Assembly: GCA_030650425.1 (NCBI GenBank)
Contig: JAUSED010000008.1
Span: forward strand, 68,554-132,553
Direction of reading: 5' to 3'
Length of the DNA stretch: 64,000 nt
Origin: Candidatus Omnitrophota bacterium
Lineage (GTDB): Bacteria > Omnitrophota > Gorgyraeia > Gygaellales > Profunditerraquicolaceae
Shown: positions 50,061-60,319 of the stretch, in pieces
Layout: each line of letters opens with the position of its first letter
How positions within the stretch are numbered: the stretch's first letter is position 1
Notes under the pieces: generated by a model
The model's input: the letters and a program-made list of their open reading frames with translations, nothing else
Told to the model about the DNA's origin: nothing
The model's database searches: none
Position numbers and translations under genes: made by a program

Positions 50061-52008
50061 AGCGGGATTTTCTATGTTAGAGCGGCGTATCATTATCTTT
50101 GAACGTTGTTATGGTTGGGCGTTTTGGTTTTTAATTTGGAATATCATACTGGGGCGGCGGGCCTACGTGGTAGATCCGTATTGGGCATATCATCATGTTC
50201 GAACGCCTATTCGGGGTTTTCCACATTCTTTGCCCGCATTTGTTAAAATAATGGTTAAGACCGGCTGGGTTAAGGTTTTAACCGTTGAAGAGTTGGGATG
50301 CCGCAGACATATTATTGAGGCGACGGAGCAAGCTGTGCGTTATTGTGAAAAGGCCGGAGATGTTTTTCAGGCCGAAGTCCGCAATAAAGATTTTTTAAGT
50401 TTCTATAAGGCTATTTTGGGCGATGCGGTGGTTGAGCGAACGATTAAGAAATCGGTGTGTAATGCCTTGGCTGAGTTTTTGTCTGTAAGGCTTTTGTTGA
50501 AGGCGCTTAGGAAGTGTTTTGGATCAAAAGAGTTTATGTTTATTCCGGCTTATAATGCGAGGCAGTATTTATTTTTTGAAAAGATATGGCCTAAATTGGA
50601 GCCTGATCATCCGGAGGCCGCGTTTAGATTCTCTCGGTTGACTTTGTGGTTTGATACCGTAGCATTTGGTTTTATTTTGTGTATGGATATCGGACGAGGT
50701 TTGGTCAAAGCGTTCATATTGTTCGCAAACAGGATCTGCCGGCGCGGACTTGTTCCGAGAGATGCCGTATGCGGCGTTTCTTTAGTTTCACTTGCCCGGC
50801 AGATAGGCGATGCCCAGAAATCTCTTAGCTTTCTTGTTGATGGCGCGCTGATCCGCCGAGAGGATACGATTATTTTCAATTACGCGAAGTGCGGCCCTCG
50901 AAAGAAGGCGTTTTTGTCCCGGAAGTTCCCAAACATTGTGCATATGCAAGACGCGGGCATAAGCTGGAGTGATTTTTTAACCTGCTTGAATGGCGCGCGT
51001 TCGGCGTTAAGAGGTTTTTCTTTAGGTGTGGGGATTGTTTATAAGGATTTGTCTTTGGTAATGGAGAATTATTTTGTCTGGAAGCAGATCGGAGAACGCA
51101 TTAGGCTTAGAAACTTTGTGACCCATTGCGACTTTGGCGCTTCGCAACTCGGGCGTAATTTGGCTTTGCGTGAGAAAGGCGTGAGGACATGGTTGTTTAT
51201 GGATTCTGCTAATCAGTCCTGTAATTTTATGACTGACAACAATGTTATGGGCGCGCAGCATCCTTTTTGGTGCTATCTGGACTATGATCATTTTGTTGCC
51301 TGGACCCCTTTTTTAGCGCAGTATTTTGCTTCGCATCCGGGTAGCGCCAAGCAGTTTCACGTAACCGGATGTTTTTGGGCAGACTATATTCAACCAAGGC
51401 GCGATGCCTTTAAGGCGCTCTCCATGGGATTACAAGAGCGGCTAAAGAGAAAGAAGGTTGTGGCGGCCTTTGACTCGACCTATTCAAGAAAAGGGATGAC
51501 TTCTTATCAGGAGGGGATTGCTTTTGCGCGGCATATTCTTGCGTTAGCTGATCTGAGCGATGATCTGCTTATCTTGTGGAGAGAGAAAATTACGCGTAAG
51601 TTACATTATAAGCTGGACGATATGAGCGCGGATGAACTTTTGGCTGTGTATGCAAAAATGGATGCGCATCCTCGGATTATTAACGTAACCAGAACATTAA
51701 CCGCAGGGGATATGATTGCTGTTTCCGACCTTGTTATTTCTTTTCCGTTCACATCTACCAGTCTGGAGGCGTTAAGCGCCCATAGAAGAGCGATTTGGCA
51801 TGATCCGTTAGCTTTTTATCGCAGGAATATTTATGATGATCGGCTGGTTACGCATGGCTGGAATGAGCTTCAAGATTTAGTTGTTCGGTTACTGCGGGGA
51901 GAGGAGCTGTCATTTGGGGAGGCCGAATCGAAGGTTAGGGATCCTTATTCTGACGGCCATGCGACGAATCGGTTTAGGAGATTATTATTGCAGTCGGAGC
52001 GTGATTAA
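50053..52008 (+). CDS. large hypothetical protein with GT-B-like C-terminal block (candidate glycosyl/glycerophospho-transferase or polymerase)
   Basis: No N-terminal match; C-terminal LTAGDMIAVSDLVISFPFTSTSLEALSAHRRAIWHD resembles the TagF/GT-B donor-binding region. Start at ATG 50053 overlapping the asnB stop. Confidence 0.35.
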   Translation: MAKAGFSMLERRIIIFERCYGWAFWFLIWNIILGRRAYVVDPYWAYHHVRTPIRGFPHSLPAFVKIMVKTGWVKVLTVEELGCRRHIIEATEQAVRYCEKAGDVFQAEVRNKDFLSFYKAILGDAVVERTIKKSVCNALAEFLSVRLLLKALRKCFGSKEFMFIPAYNARQYLFFEKIWPKLEPDHPEAAFRFSRLTLWFDTVAFGFILCMDIGRGLVKAFILFANRICRRGLVPRDAVCGVSLVSLARQIGDAQKSLSFLVDGALIRREDTIIFNYAKCGPRKKAFLSRKFPNIVHMQDAGISWSDFLTCLNGARSALRGFSLGVGIVYKDLSLVMENYFVWKQIGERIRLRNFVTHCDFGASQLGRNLALREKGVRTWLFMDSANQSCNFMTDNNVMGAQHPFWCYLDYDHFVAWTPFLAQYFASHPGSAKQFHVTGCFWADYIQPRRDAFKALSMGLQERLKRKKVVAAFDSTYSRKGMTSYQEGIAFARHILALADLSDDLLILWREKITRKLHYKLDDMSADELLAVYAKMDAHPRIINVTRTLTAGDMIAVSDLVISFPFTSTSLEALSAHRRAIWHDPLAFYRRNIYDDRLVTHGWNELQDLVVRLLRGEELSFGEAESKVRDPYSDGHATNRFRRLLLQSERD

Positions 52009-52021
52009 ACAGAATTATCTT

Positions 52022-53872
52022 ATGAAAAGAGTTGTAATAGCAAAGAATATTGACAAAAATACATTAAAGATGATTAGGGATCATCTTCCCGGGGGTAACG
52101 ATGAAAGGATCTATCTGGTATTTGGTAATCCAGATATTCATAACCTACATTCTTTAGAGGCATTGGGCTTTAAAGAGCAGTGCTTGCCTGCGCATGATGA
52201 ACAATACCGGGATAACTTTTTACGTGAATATATTGATCTTATAGGCAGCATAGGCAAAGAAAATAATATTCTTGAGTGGTGGGCAACGGATATAGCTTCT
52301 AAAAATCGTTTTACTTCCAGGATAACGGAGTTGTTATCTCATTTTTTAGACATTGTACAGACAGCCAAGGATAAGCCATTCGGGATTATGGTAGTGGTAA
52401 ATCCGGATTGGGCAATCGTTTCTTCTCTAAAGAAAGCCTGCCTAAAAGATGGCATTGGTTTTATTGCAGGTAATGGTTTTGCAGTGGAAAAAATTTTCAG
52501 TTTTACAGCTTTAAGGTTAAGAAGCCTGGCCTCTGTTATACGTAATTTTGGGAAGATAGGCATTAGATCTATCTATTGCCGTTTTATACTAGGGAAGAAG
52601 ACGCAATCCTCTGTGAAGGATAGCGGGCCATATTATGTGGTTAAGACATTCATCTACAACAGTTCTTTTTCCGAAGGGCATGATTATAAAGATAGCTTTT
52701 TCGGAAAACTACCGTATATATTAAGCAAAAACAGAAAAGTGCTCATTTTTGCTTCCGTACTCGGAAGCTATCGTTACTGTCTGCAAGAGATAAAAAAATG
52801 TAATTCGTTTAGGATTATTCCCGTAGAATATTTTATTACCTTTTTGGATTTAATTTCAGCTTTCAAGGCATTTATCTTGTCTAGGGTGGTTATAAGCGAT
52901 AAATATATGCTTAGCTGTGAAGTAGCGGGTATAATACGAAATGAGTTGGAGCGGACATGGAATGGAATACAGTATTACCAACTGTTCCATTACTGGGCTT
53001 TAAAGCGGCTGCTAAGCGGGGTAAGGGTGGATACCTTTCTTTTGACTTATGAGAATAATCCGTGGGAGAAGATGTGCATAGCCGCGTTAAGGCAGATATC
53101 GCCGGACACTTTTATCATAGGCTATCAACATACAATTGTTTCTCAGGCTTCGGCGAATATGTTCCCCAGCCGTTATGAAAATGGCATTATGCCTTTTCCT
53201 GATAAGATAGTGACGGTTGGCGAGGCCACTAAGAATATTATGCAGCGATACGGGAATTTTGGGGATGTTTCAATCCGCGCTTCATGCGGCCTCAGGTTTG
53301 AGTATCTTTTCGATCTAGGCCGGCTTGAGAGGAAAAATAATGGGAATATTCTGCTTGCGCTTGAAGGCATAAAAGATGCGCATAAACTAGTGGCTTATGT
53401 TCTCAGAGAGCTGGGAGGAAAAAGTAAGTACAACGTTAGAATCAGGACTCATCCCGCGCTTCCCTGGCAATATTTTCAGAGTAGGTGTAGATTTGACCTG
53501 GCGAAATACTCCAATTTTCATCTTTCGCCTGGAGGATTAGTAAGGGCCGACATGGAGTGGGCAGATACAGTTATATACTGGGGAAGCACTATCGCTGTTG
53601 AAGCGCTTAACCTTGGCAGGCCCGTAGTTCACTATAACACAGGCTCTATCTTAAATTATGACCCTTTATTTGAATCCTCCGATTTTAAATGGGTAGTAAA
53701 CGAAAATGTCAGTTTGACCGTTATCCTTGAAAAGATAAATAGTCTGGATGATCAGGAGTTTACTTCTGGCTGGAAAAAGGCAAAAACATATTTGGACGAC
53801 TATTTCCATCCGATCACCGAAGAAAATATGAAAGAATTTATAAAAGATGCCTCGTCAATTGGGGCAAAGTGA
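52022..53872 (+). CDS. large hypothetical protein with GT-B-like C-terminal block (second candidate transferase)
   Basis: ADMEWADTVIYWGSTIAVEALNLGRPVVHYNTG, a GT-B-type block. ATG 52022 chosen after the upstream stop. Confidence 0.35.
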   Translation: MKRVVIAKNIDKNTLKMIRDHLPGGNDERIYLVFGNPDIHNLHSLEALGFKEQCLPAHDEQYRDNFLREYIDLIGSIGKENNILEWWATDIASKNRFTSRITELLSHFLDIVQTAKDKPFGIMVVVNPDWAIVSSLKKACLKDGIGFIAGNGFAVEKIFSFTALRLRSLASVIRNFGKIGIRSIYCRFILGKKTQSSVKDSGPYYVVKTFIYNSSFSEGHDYKDSFFGKLPYILSKNRKVLIFASVLGSYRYCLQEIKKCNSFRIIPVEYFITFLDLISAFKAFILSRVVISDKYMLSCEVAGIIRNELERTWNGIQYYQLFHYWALKRLLSGVRVDTFLLTYENNPWEKMCIAALRQISPDTFIIGYQHTIVSQASANMFPSRYENGIMPFPDKIVTVGEATKNIMQRYGNFGDVSIRASCGLRFEYLFDLGRLERKNNGNILLALEGIKDAHKLVAYVLRELGGKSKYNVRIRTHPALPWQYFQSRCRFDLAKYSNFHLSPGGLVRADMEWADTVIYWGSTIAVEALNLGRPVVHYNTGSILNYDPLFESSDFKWVVNENVSLTVILEKINSLDDQEFTSGWKKAKTYLDDYFHPITEENMKEFIKDASSIGAK

Positions 53873-53879
53873 GAATAGG

Positions 53880-54962
53880 ATGCGAGAGAACAAAAAAATA
53901 TTAAAGGCTGGTATAATCGGTTACGGTTATATGGGTAAAATTCGTAAAAAGATTATTGAGTCTTCGGCGGTCCTTAAACTCGAGGGAATATGCGATATAA
54001 ATAGAGAGTTGATTACCGTTGATCAGTCTGTTAAATGCAAGATCTATGATTCTTATAAGAAACTAATCGCGTCGGATATCGACATTGTTTTTGTCTGTAC
54101 GCCTAATTCATTTTCCCCTCAGATCGTGGTTGACAGCTTGCGGGCTGGCAAACATGTTTTCTGTGAGAAACCTCCCGGAAGGACGCTTGCGGATGTAAAA
54201 CTGATCATAGAGCAGGAGAAAAAGCGCCCGGAACTTAAACTGATGTTTGGTTTTAACCATAGATATCATCCGGGAATACTCGAGGCCAGGACTATCGTTG
54301 ACAGCAAGAGATTTGGTAAAATCTTATTTTTAAAAGGGACATACGGAAAATCGGGAGGCAGGAACTATCTTCAGTCTTGGCGTAACCAAAAAGAGGTAGC
54401 AGGGGGAGGCATACTCCTTGATCAGGGAATACATATGCTTGATTTGTTTCGTTATTTCTGTGGTAATTTCAGTGAGGTAAAATGCTTTCTTTCGAAGATG
54501 TTCTGGGATACTGATGTCGAAGATAACGCCTTTATTTTTCTCCGCAACAGGTTTGGGCAGGTCGCTACCCTCCATTCTTCAGCTACATTGTGGAAACACT
54601 GTTTCAGGATAGAGATATTTCTTGAGGATGCTTACCTTATAGTATCTGGTCTTTTGTCCAAAACAGGAAGCTACGGCAGGGAAACTCTCACTATCGGCCG
54701 GAGGCAATTTGAAGACGAAACTTTCGCTTTGGGCAATCCGCGGGAAGAGGTGGTGTATTTTGACCAGGATTTATCTTGGGAGGCAGAAGTAACCAAGTTT
54801 ATCGACTATATTACCAATGATAATAAGGTGGATAATAGCTCTTCTTATGACGCGCTAAAGGTAATGGAGATAATAGAACGGGCGTATAAGAACAATTCAG
54901 TCAAAGGTTGCCCTAATCTGGCGGGAAAAGGAGATCGATTCCATGAAAAACGTAGTAATTAA
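53880..54962 (+). CDS. Gfo/Idh/MocA-family NAD(P)-dependent oxidoreductase
   Basis: KAGIIGYGYMGK; HVFCEKPP. Confidence 0.8.
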   Translation: MRENKKILKAGIIGYGYMGKIRKKIIESSAVLKLEGICDINRELITVDQSVKCKIYDSYKKLIASDIDIVFVCTPNSFSPQIVVDSLRAGKHVFCEKPPGRTLADVKLIIEQEKKRPELKLMFGFNHRYHPGILEARTIVDSKRFGKILFLKGTYGKSGGRNYLQSWRNQKEVAGGGILLDQGIHMLDLFRYFCGNFSEVKCFLSKMFWDTDVEDNAFIFLRNRFGQVATLHSSATLWKHCFRIEIFLEDAYLIVSGLLSKTGSYGRETLTIGRRQFEDETFALGNPREEVVYFDQDLSWEAEVTKFIDYITNDNKVDNSSSYDALKVMEIIERAYKNNSVKGCPNLAGKGDRFHEKRSN

Positions 54963-55971
54963 TGAGACCGGAAAGGCGTCTGAGTTTAAGCCGGATGTAA
55001 TATTTGAAAAATACCTGAAGCTGGCTGAAAAAGATGTAAGGGATGAATTTAGTCAGAAAAGAAACCTGGCACTCTCAAATTGTCCTGCCTGCAGGTCGAA
55101 AAAGAAAAGAATCGTTTTTTCCCATTTTGGGTTTGAATATGCGGAGTGTTTGGCTTGTGACAGTGTCTATATGAACCCGCGTCCCCTAGACGCAAAGATT
55201 AAAAAACACTACCTTGAATCGGCTTCAGCCAGTTTTTGGCGGAATACGCTTTCAAAAAAGACTGAAGGTAAAAGAAAAGAAAAGATTTACGAAAAACGAT
55301 TCCAGTGGTTCAGTGATATTGCCCAAAACCACTTACCTTGCGCCACCACGATTGCTGATTTTAATTCAAAAGACCCGGAATACACCAAGGAATTCCTGCA
55401 AAACGGTTATTTTAAGCGCAAAATAGTGATTAATCCATATTTTAATATCTTAGCGTTGGATAAGTTTAACGTAGACGCAAGCAGCTACCCGGTGATAGAA
55501 GAGCTTGCTGATTCGCTTGAGGATAGAGGGATGGTTGATGTTGCCTGTGCGTTTGAAGCTATAGATTGTTTTGCGGATGTTGAGCTCTTACTTAAGACTA
55601 TTAATGCTTTGCTATGCAAGGGCGGCTTGTGTTTTGTGACTACTATTTCAATCAGTGGGTTTGATCTTCAGGTTTTGTGGGGAAATTCAACGAGTATATT
55701 CCCGCCTGACAGGATTAATGTCTTTTCCCGAAAAGGACTTGAGCTATTGTTTAAACGGCATGGTTTTGATATAATAGAATATAGTACGCCCGGTTTCCTG
55801 GATTTAGATATAGTTAAAAACGCGCTAAAGAAAGATTCATCTATTGAACTGCCAAGATTCGTCAGGACTATTCTTAAGAATGGCGATGATCAAGTCTATC
55901 AGGATTTTCAGGAGTTTTTGCAGTTAAGCAAACTCAGCTCATTCGTTAGAATAGTGCTTAAGAAAAAATAA
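54943..55971 (+). CDS. putative methyltransferase with N-terminal Zn-ribbon (CPAC...CLAC)
   Basis: Zn-ribbon followed by a Rossmann-like MT-like core. 342 aa. Confidence 0.4.
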   Translation: MKNVVINETGKASEFKPDVIFEKYLKLAEKDVRDEFSQKRNLALSNCPACRSKKKRIVFSHFGFEYAECLACDSVYMNPRPLDAKIKKHYLESASASFWRNTLSKKTEGKRKEKIYEKRFQWFSDIAQNHLPCATTIADFNSKDPEYTKEFLQNGYFKRKIVINPYFNILALDKFNVDASSYPVIEELADSLEDRGMVDVACAFEAIDCFADVELLLKTINALLCKGGLCFVTTISISGFDLQVLWGNSTSIFPPDRINVFSRKGLELLFKRHGFDIIEYSTPGFLDLDIVKNALKKDSSIELPRFVRTILKNGDDQVYQDFQEFLQLSKLSSFVRIVLKKK

Positions 55972-55981
55972 GAGGAGAAAT

Positions 55982-56584
55982 ATGGCATACGTCGAGCAGT
56001 ATCTAAAAGAGGTAACGGAAATAGCGCAGGGCATAAACGTAGTTGATATTGAAAAAATAATAAAAGTATTACTGCAAGTAAAACAAGATAATGGCCGTAT
56101 TTTCTTTTTGGGAGTGGGCGGCAGCGCAGGGAACGCATCGCATGCGGTAAACGATTTCAGGAAACTTGCTGGATTTGAGGCGTATTCGCCTGTTGACAAT
56201 GTATCTGAGCTTATGGCTAGGACAAATGACGAGGGTTGGGATACGGTTTTTTCGGAATGGCTAAAAGGTAGCCGTTTGCGTAAAGAGGATGCGGTTTTTG
56301 TTTTTTCAGTCGGGGGCGGTAACGCTGAAAAAAACATAAGCAAAAATCTGGTGACGGCGCTTGAATATGCCAAATCGGTCAAAGCAAAAATTTTAGGTAT
56401 CATAGGCAGGGATGGCGGATTTACTGCTCAGGTCGCGGACGCCTGTGTTATAGTTCCTACGGTCAATTCCAACACGGTTACTCCTCACTCCGAGGCTTTC
56501 CAGGGTGTGATATGGCATCTGATAGTATCAGACTCCAGGCTTAGAGTTGTTGAGAACAAATGGGAGTCCTTTAACAAAAAATAA
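55982..56584 (+). CDS. SIS-domain sugar-phosphate isomerase (second GmhA-like copy)
   Basis: IFFLGVGGSAGNASHAVNDF...VFVFSVGGGN. Confidence 0.7.
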   Translation: MAYVEQYLKEVTEIAQGINVVDIEKIIKVLLQVKQDNGRIFFLGVGGSAGNASHAVNDFRKLAGFEAYSPVDNVSELMARTNDEGWDTVFSEWLKGSRLRKEDAVFVFSVGGGNAEKNISKNLVTALEYAKSVKAKILGIIGRDGGFTAQVADACVIVPTVNSNTVTPHSEAFQGVIWHLIVSDSRLRVVENKWESFNKK

Positions 56585-56596
56585 GGAGTTGAATAA

Positions 56597-57283
56597 ATGG
56601 CGATCTTCTTGGATACGGGAAATATTAAAGAGGTAGAAAGATTCATGAAAATGGGTATTATCCGCGGTGTGACTACTAATCCGACCATATTGTTTAAGGC
56701 CGGGGTAACGTCAGGTAATCAAGGAATTAAGTCTAGGTCTATTGAGATCTCGAAGATAATAGCGCCCTATCCTTTGTCTGTCGAGGTCACGACTAACGAT
56801 TATGACAAGATGATCGAACAGGCTCAGGAATATTCAGGATGGGCTAAGAATATTAACGTGAAGATCACTATCCACGGCCCAAAGGGCGAGACCGAAAACC
56901 TTGAAGCTATACACGAGCTTTCATCAAAATATAAGATGAGCATTAACGCGACCGCTATGATGAGCGCCCAGCAATGCTTGCTTGCTGCAATGGCAGGCGC
57001 TGAGTATGTGTCTATTTTTGGAGGTAGGGTTAATAATATGGGCTATAATTCTTGTTCCGAGATCAGCAAGCTCAGGGTTGTGCTTGACAGGCAGCAGTTA
57101 ACCTCAAAGATTATAGTAGGTTCTACTAGGGAGGTTCTTAATATCATAGAGTGGCTGGAGGCTGGCGCGGATATTGTCACCGTTTTGCCGGAGATACTTA
57201 ACGGCATGATTGTTCATCCTTATTCAAAGGAGACTGTGCAGATGTTTCTGGAAGACGCAGCCAAGACAGAAAGGTTGCTCTAA
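56597..57283 (+). CDS. transaldolase-family protein (Fsa/TalC-type)
   Basis: IFLDTGNIKEV...GVTTNPTIL, the Fsa/TalC N-terminus. 228 aa. Confidence 0.8.
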   Translation: MAIFLDTGNIKEVERFMKMGIIRGVTTNPTILFKAGVTSGNQGIKSRSIEISKIIAPYPLSVEVTTNDYDKMIEQAQEYSGWAKNINVKITIHGPKGETENLEAIHELSSKYKMSINATAMMSAQQCLLAAMAGAEYVSIFGGRVNNMGYNSCSEISKLRVVLDRQQLTSKIIVGSTREVLNIIEWLEAGADIVTVLPEILNGMIVHPYSKETVQMFLEDAAKTERLL

Positions 57284-57297
57284 AAAAGGGGATTAAG

Positions 57298-58086
57298 ATG
57301 CTTGCTATGGAAAAAAGAAGATTGGTTTTAAGGACAAAATTGAGAAGTCGCAAACTGGTTTTTGCGGCTTGGACATCGCTCTATCATCCTTCAATAACGG
57401 AGATCTTCAGCCATTCCGGGGTTGATTTTGTAGGGATAGATATCGAGCATAGTACTATAAGCCAGGAACAGTCTCAACGCATCATCGCAACAGCCCAGGC
57501 ATCAGATTCATTATGCCTGCCAAGGGTAGCGTCGCATAATATGGAAATGATAAAACGGTTGTTGGATTCCGGGGCTGACGGTATCATAGTCCCTATGGTT
57601 AATACTGCGCGGGAAGCCCGGGAGATCGCATCCTGGTGTAAATATCCGCCGCAGGGAAAGCGCAGTTTTGGAATTTCCCGCGGGCAGGGTTACGGTTTTG
57701 ATTTTGACAGGTATACAAAAAAATGGAATTCTGTTTCTTCGCTGATAGTCCAGATAGAATCTATTACCGGAGTTGAGAATATTGAAGATATCCTTGGCAT
57801 AGATGCTGTAGACGCAGCAATGGTAGGCCCTTATGATCTCTCAGGTTCACTTAATATTCCCGGAAAAATTGACCACCCAAAAATCCGCGAAGCGGCAAAA
57901 CGGGTTATTGCCGCGTGCAGGAAAGCCGGTAAAGCCTGTGGCACGCAGATCATAGATCCCGATGCCAGACAGATAAAAAATGCCTTAGATCAGGGGTTTA
58001 CTTTTATTGTCCTTTCCTCAGATGTTTTTTTACTCTGGAAATGGGCGCAAAGGATGCGTGGGTATACCCGTATGAATAGAAAATAA
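57298..58086 (+). CDS. HpcH/HpaI-family class II (pyruvate/2-keto-3-deoxy acid) aldolase
   Basis: IVQIESITGVENIEDILGIDAVDAAMVGPYDLSGSL block. 262 aa. Confidence 0.65.
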   Translation: MLAMEKRRLVLRTKLRSRKLVFAAWTSLYHPSITEIFSHSGVDFVGIDIEHSTISQEQSQRIIATAQASDSLCLPRVASHNMEMIKRLLDSGADGIIVPMVNTAREAREIASWCKYPPQGKRSFGISRGQGYGFDFDRYTKKWNSVSSLIVQIESITGVENIEDILGIDAVDAAMVGPYDLSGSLNIPGKIDHPKIREAAKRVIAACRKAGKACGTQIIDPDARQIKNALDQGFTFIVLSSDVFLLWKWAQRMRGYTRMNRK

Positions 58087-58089
58087 AAA

Positions 58090-58743
58090 ATGAACCATAA
58101 GGTTATTGTTTTTGATTTTGACGGCGTAATCGTTGAATCGAACGGTATCAAGCACGATGCTTTTTCCAGTATTTTTCGCCGCTACCCAAAATATTACAAA
58201 ACTATGATGTCGTTTCATTACGAACACAATCATCTGCCTCGCCAGGATAAATTCAGGTATCTGGTGAAGGAACTAATGGGTAAAACTGACTGCGAGGATG
58301 ATGTTGCCAGCCTTACTTATGAGTTTGAGGGTTTAACGCGGCAGCGAATCATTTCCTGTCCATATGTTGCGGGGGCTAGGGAATGCATAGATTATTTCTC
58401 TGATCGTCTTCCATTGTATATAGTTTCAGCCACGCCAGAAGCGGAATTAATGATTATACTTGAGGCTCGGGACATGATTAAGAAGTTTAAGGGAGTGTAT
58501 GGCCCTCCTATGACAAAGAGCCATGCTTTTAAAACGATAATTGGGCAAGAACAGGTTGCCGCCTTTCAGGTTTTGTTTGTCGGAGATAGCATTGAAGATT
58601 ATTCTGTCGCGAAAGAAGCGGGAATTTATTTTGTAGCAAGAAAAACTAAAGAAAATTCATTCGATGCGCATATACCTATTTGTAATAATCTAAGCGAATT
58701 AAAGGATTTGATTCTTGATGGTTCGAAGCCAGCATGGCGATAG
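58090..58743 (+). CDS. HAD-superfamily hydrolase (phosphatase)
   Basis: VIVFDFDGVIV (DxD motif I); LFVGDSIEDY. Confidence 0.7.
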   Translation: MNHKVIVFDFDGVIVESNGIKHDAFSSIFRRYPKYYKTMMSFHYEHNHLPRQDKFRYLVKELMGKTDCEDDVASLTYEFEGLTRQRIISCPYVAGARECIDYFSDRLPLYIVSATPEAELMIILEARDMIKKFKGVYGPPMTKSHAFKTIIGQEQVAAFQVLFVGDSIEDYSVAKEAGIYFVARKTKENSFDAHIPICNNLSELKDLILDGSKPAWR

Positions 58744-58753
58744 GAGGTACGAA

Positions 58754-59533
58754 TTGTCTGAATACATTTCAGGTCTTTTTGGTTTAGAAGGTAAGACTGC
58801 TGCTGTTATTGGGGCCGGCGGATATCTTTGTAGTGAAATGTCCAAAGCATTCTCTAAGGCCGGAGCTAGGGTGGCCGTCATTGATAAAAACCTGGAAAAT
58901 GCTAAAAAGGTTTCTGAAGCTATCCGCGCTTTTGGCGGTGATTCCATAGCTTTGGATATAGACGTCACACAAAAAGGAAGCCATGAAAAGGCGCTTGAAA
59001 CAGTGCTTAAGAAATTCAAGACTATAGATATCCTGGTTAATGGCGCGGGGATAAATGCTCCTACTAAGTTTTTTGAGATAAGCCTGCAGGAATGGGAGGG
59101 TATTATTGCCGTTTGTCTTACCGGCACCATGCTTGGTTGTCAGGTTTTCGGCGGCCAAATGGTAAAAGAGAATAAGGGGTCCATTATTAATGTATCATCT
59201 GCTTCGGCTGGGCCGCCGCTTTCGAAGGCGTTTACCTATTCCGTAGCTAAGTCCGGGGTAAAAAATCTTACCCAGAATCTGGCCCGCGAATGGGCTCCTT
59301 ACAATGTAAGGGTTAATGCTCTTTGTCCGGGATTTTTTCCGACCGAATGGAGTAAAAATAATTTTATTGACGTACACAGAGAAAAGGCTATATTAGAACA
59401 TACTCCAATGAAAAGGTATGGAAGGCCTGAAGAGTTAGTAGGAGCAGTGCTTTGGCTTTCTTCTGAGTCTGCCAGTTTTGTCACGGGCGCAGAGATAAAA
59501 GTGGATGGCGGATTTTCCTGCATGACTATATAG
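58754..59533 (+). CDS. SDR-family oxidoreductase (FabG-like)
   Basis: KTAAVIGAGGYLC; YSVAKSGV (YxxxK). TTG start with AGGAGG RBS 6 nt upstream. Confidence 0.7.
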   Translation: MSEYISGLFGLEGKTAAVIGAGGYLCSEMSKAFSKAGARVAVIDKNLENAKKVSEAIRAFGGDSIALDIDVTQKGSHEKALETVLKKFKTIDILVNGAGINAPTKFFEISLQEWEGIIAVCLTGTMLGCQVFGGQMVKENKGSIINVSSASAGPPLSKAFTYSVAKSGVKNLTQNLAREWAPYNVRVNALCPGFFPTEWSKNNFIDVHREKAILEHTPMKRYGRPEELVGAVLWLSSESASFVTGAEIKVDGGFSCMTI

Positions 59534-59540
59534 TTTACTT

Positions 59541-60305
59541 ATGAAAAAAAATGTTGCTGGGAAAATGGTGGTTATCACAGGCGGCAGCCGGGGCATAGGC
59601 GCTGCGATCACCAAGGCATTTTGGGAGGCCGGAGACTATGTGCTTGTCGGAGCAAGAAGATCCAACGATTTTCTTAAAGGCTTCGGAAGGAGGGTTCGTT
59701 TTAAAAAGATTGACGTGCGCTTTGAATCAGAACAGGCGGCCTTAGCGGGCACAGCCATAAAATGGAGAGGCCGAATAGATATATTTGTAAATTGCGCGGG
59801 ATTTTCCGATTGGCGCTCTGTGGATAAAGTTGATGAAAAATTCTGGAGCACAATGATCGACACGAACCTAAAGGGGGTATTTTGGGGCTGCAAGGTTGCT
59901 TCCCTCTGCCTGCCTAAAGGCGGCTGTATCATTAATATCTCAAGCCTCGCCGGAAAACGCGGCAGCGCAAACAACTCCGTTTATTGCGCGTCAAAATTTG
60001 GTGTTAATGGAATAACGCAGTCGTTGGCGAAAGAGTTGGGTCCCAGAGGGATCAGGGTAAATGCGCTATGCCCTGTCTATGTTGAGACTGAAGCCTTACA
60101 TAACGCGCTTGGCGATGAGCTATCTCCGTCAGGAGGAAAGAATATAAACGTTTTCTTGAAAGATTTTGCTAAAAGTAATGCGGCGCTGAGGCGTTTGCCT
60201 AGCGCTGAAGAGATAGCGCAACTTTGCGTTTTCTTGGCATCGGATAAAGCCTCGGCAATTACCGGCCAGTGCATTAATGTTGACTGCGGAGTTTTGCCGC
60301 AATAA
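59541..60305 (+). CDS. SDR-family oxidoreductase (FabG-like)
   Basis: MVVITGGSRGIGAAI; YCASKFGV. Confidence 0.75.
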   Translation: MKKNVAGKMVVITGGSRGIGAAITKAFWEAGDYVLVGARRSNDFLKGFGRRVRFKKIDVRFESEQAALAGTAIKWRGRIDIFVNCAGFSDWRSVDKVDEKFWSTMIDTNLKGVFWGCKVASLCLPKGGCIINISSLAGKRGSANNSVYCASKFGVNGITQSLAKELGPRGIRVNALCPVYVETEALHNALGDELSPSGGKNINVFLKDFAKSNAALRRLPSAEEIAQLCVFLASDKASAITGQCINVDCGVLPQ

Positions 60306-60319
60306 TTAAAGAGGAGAAT

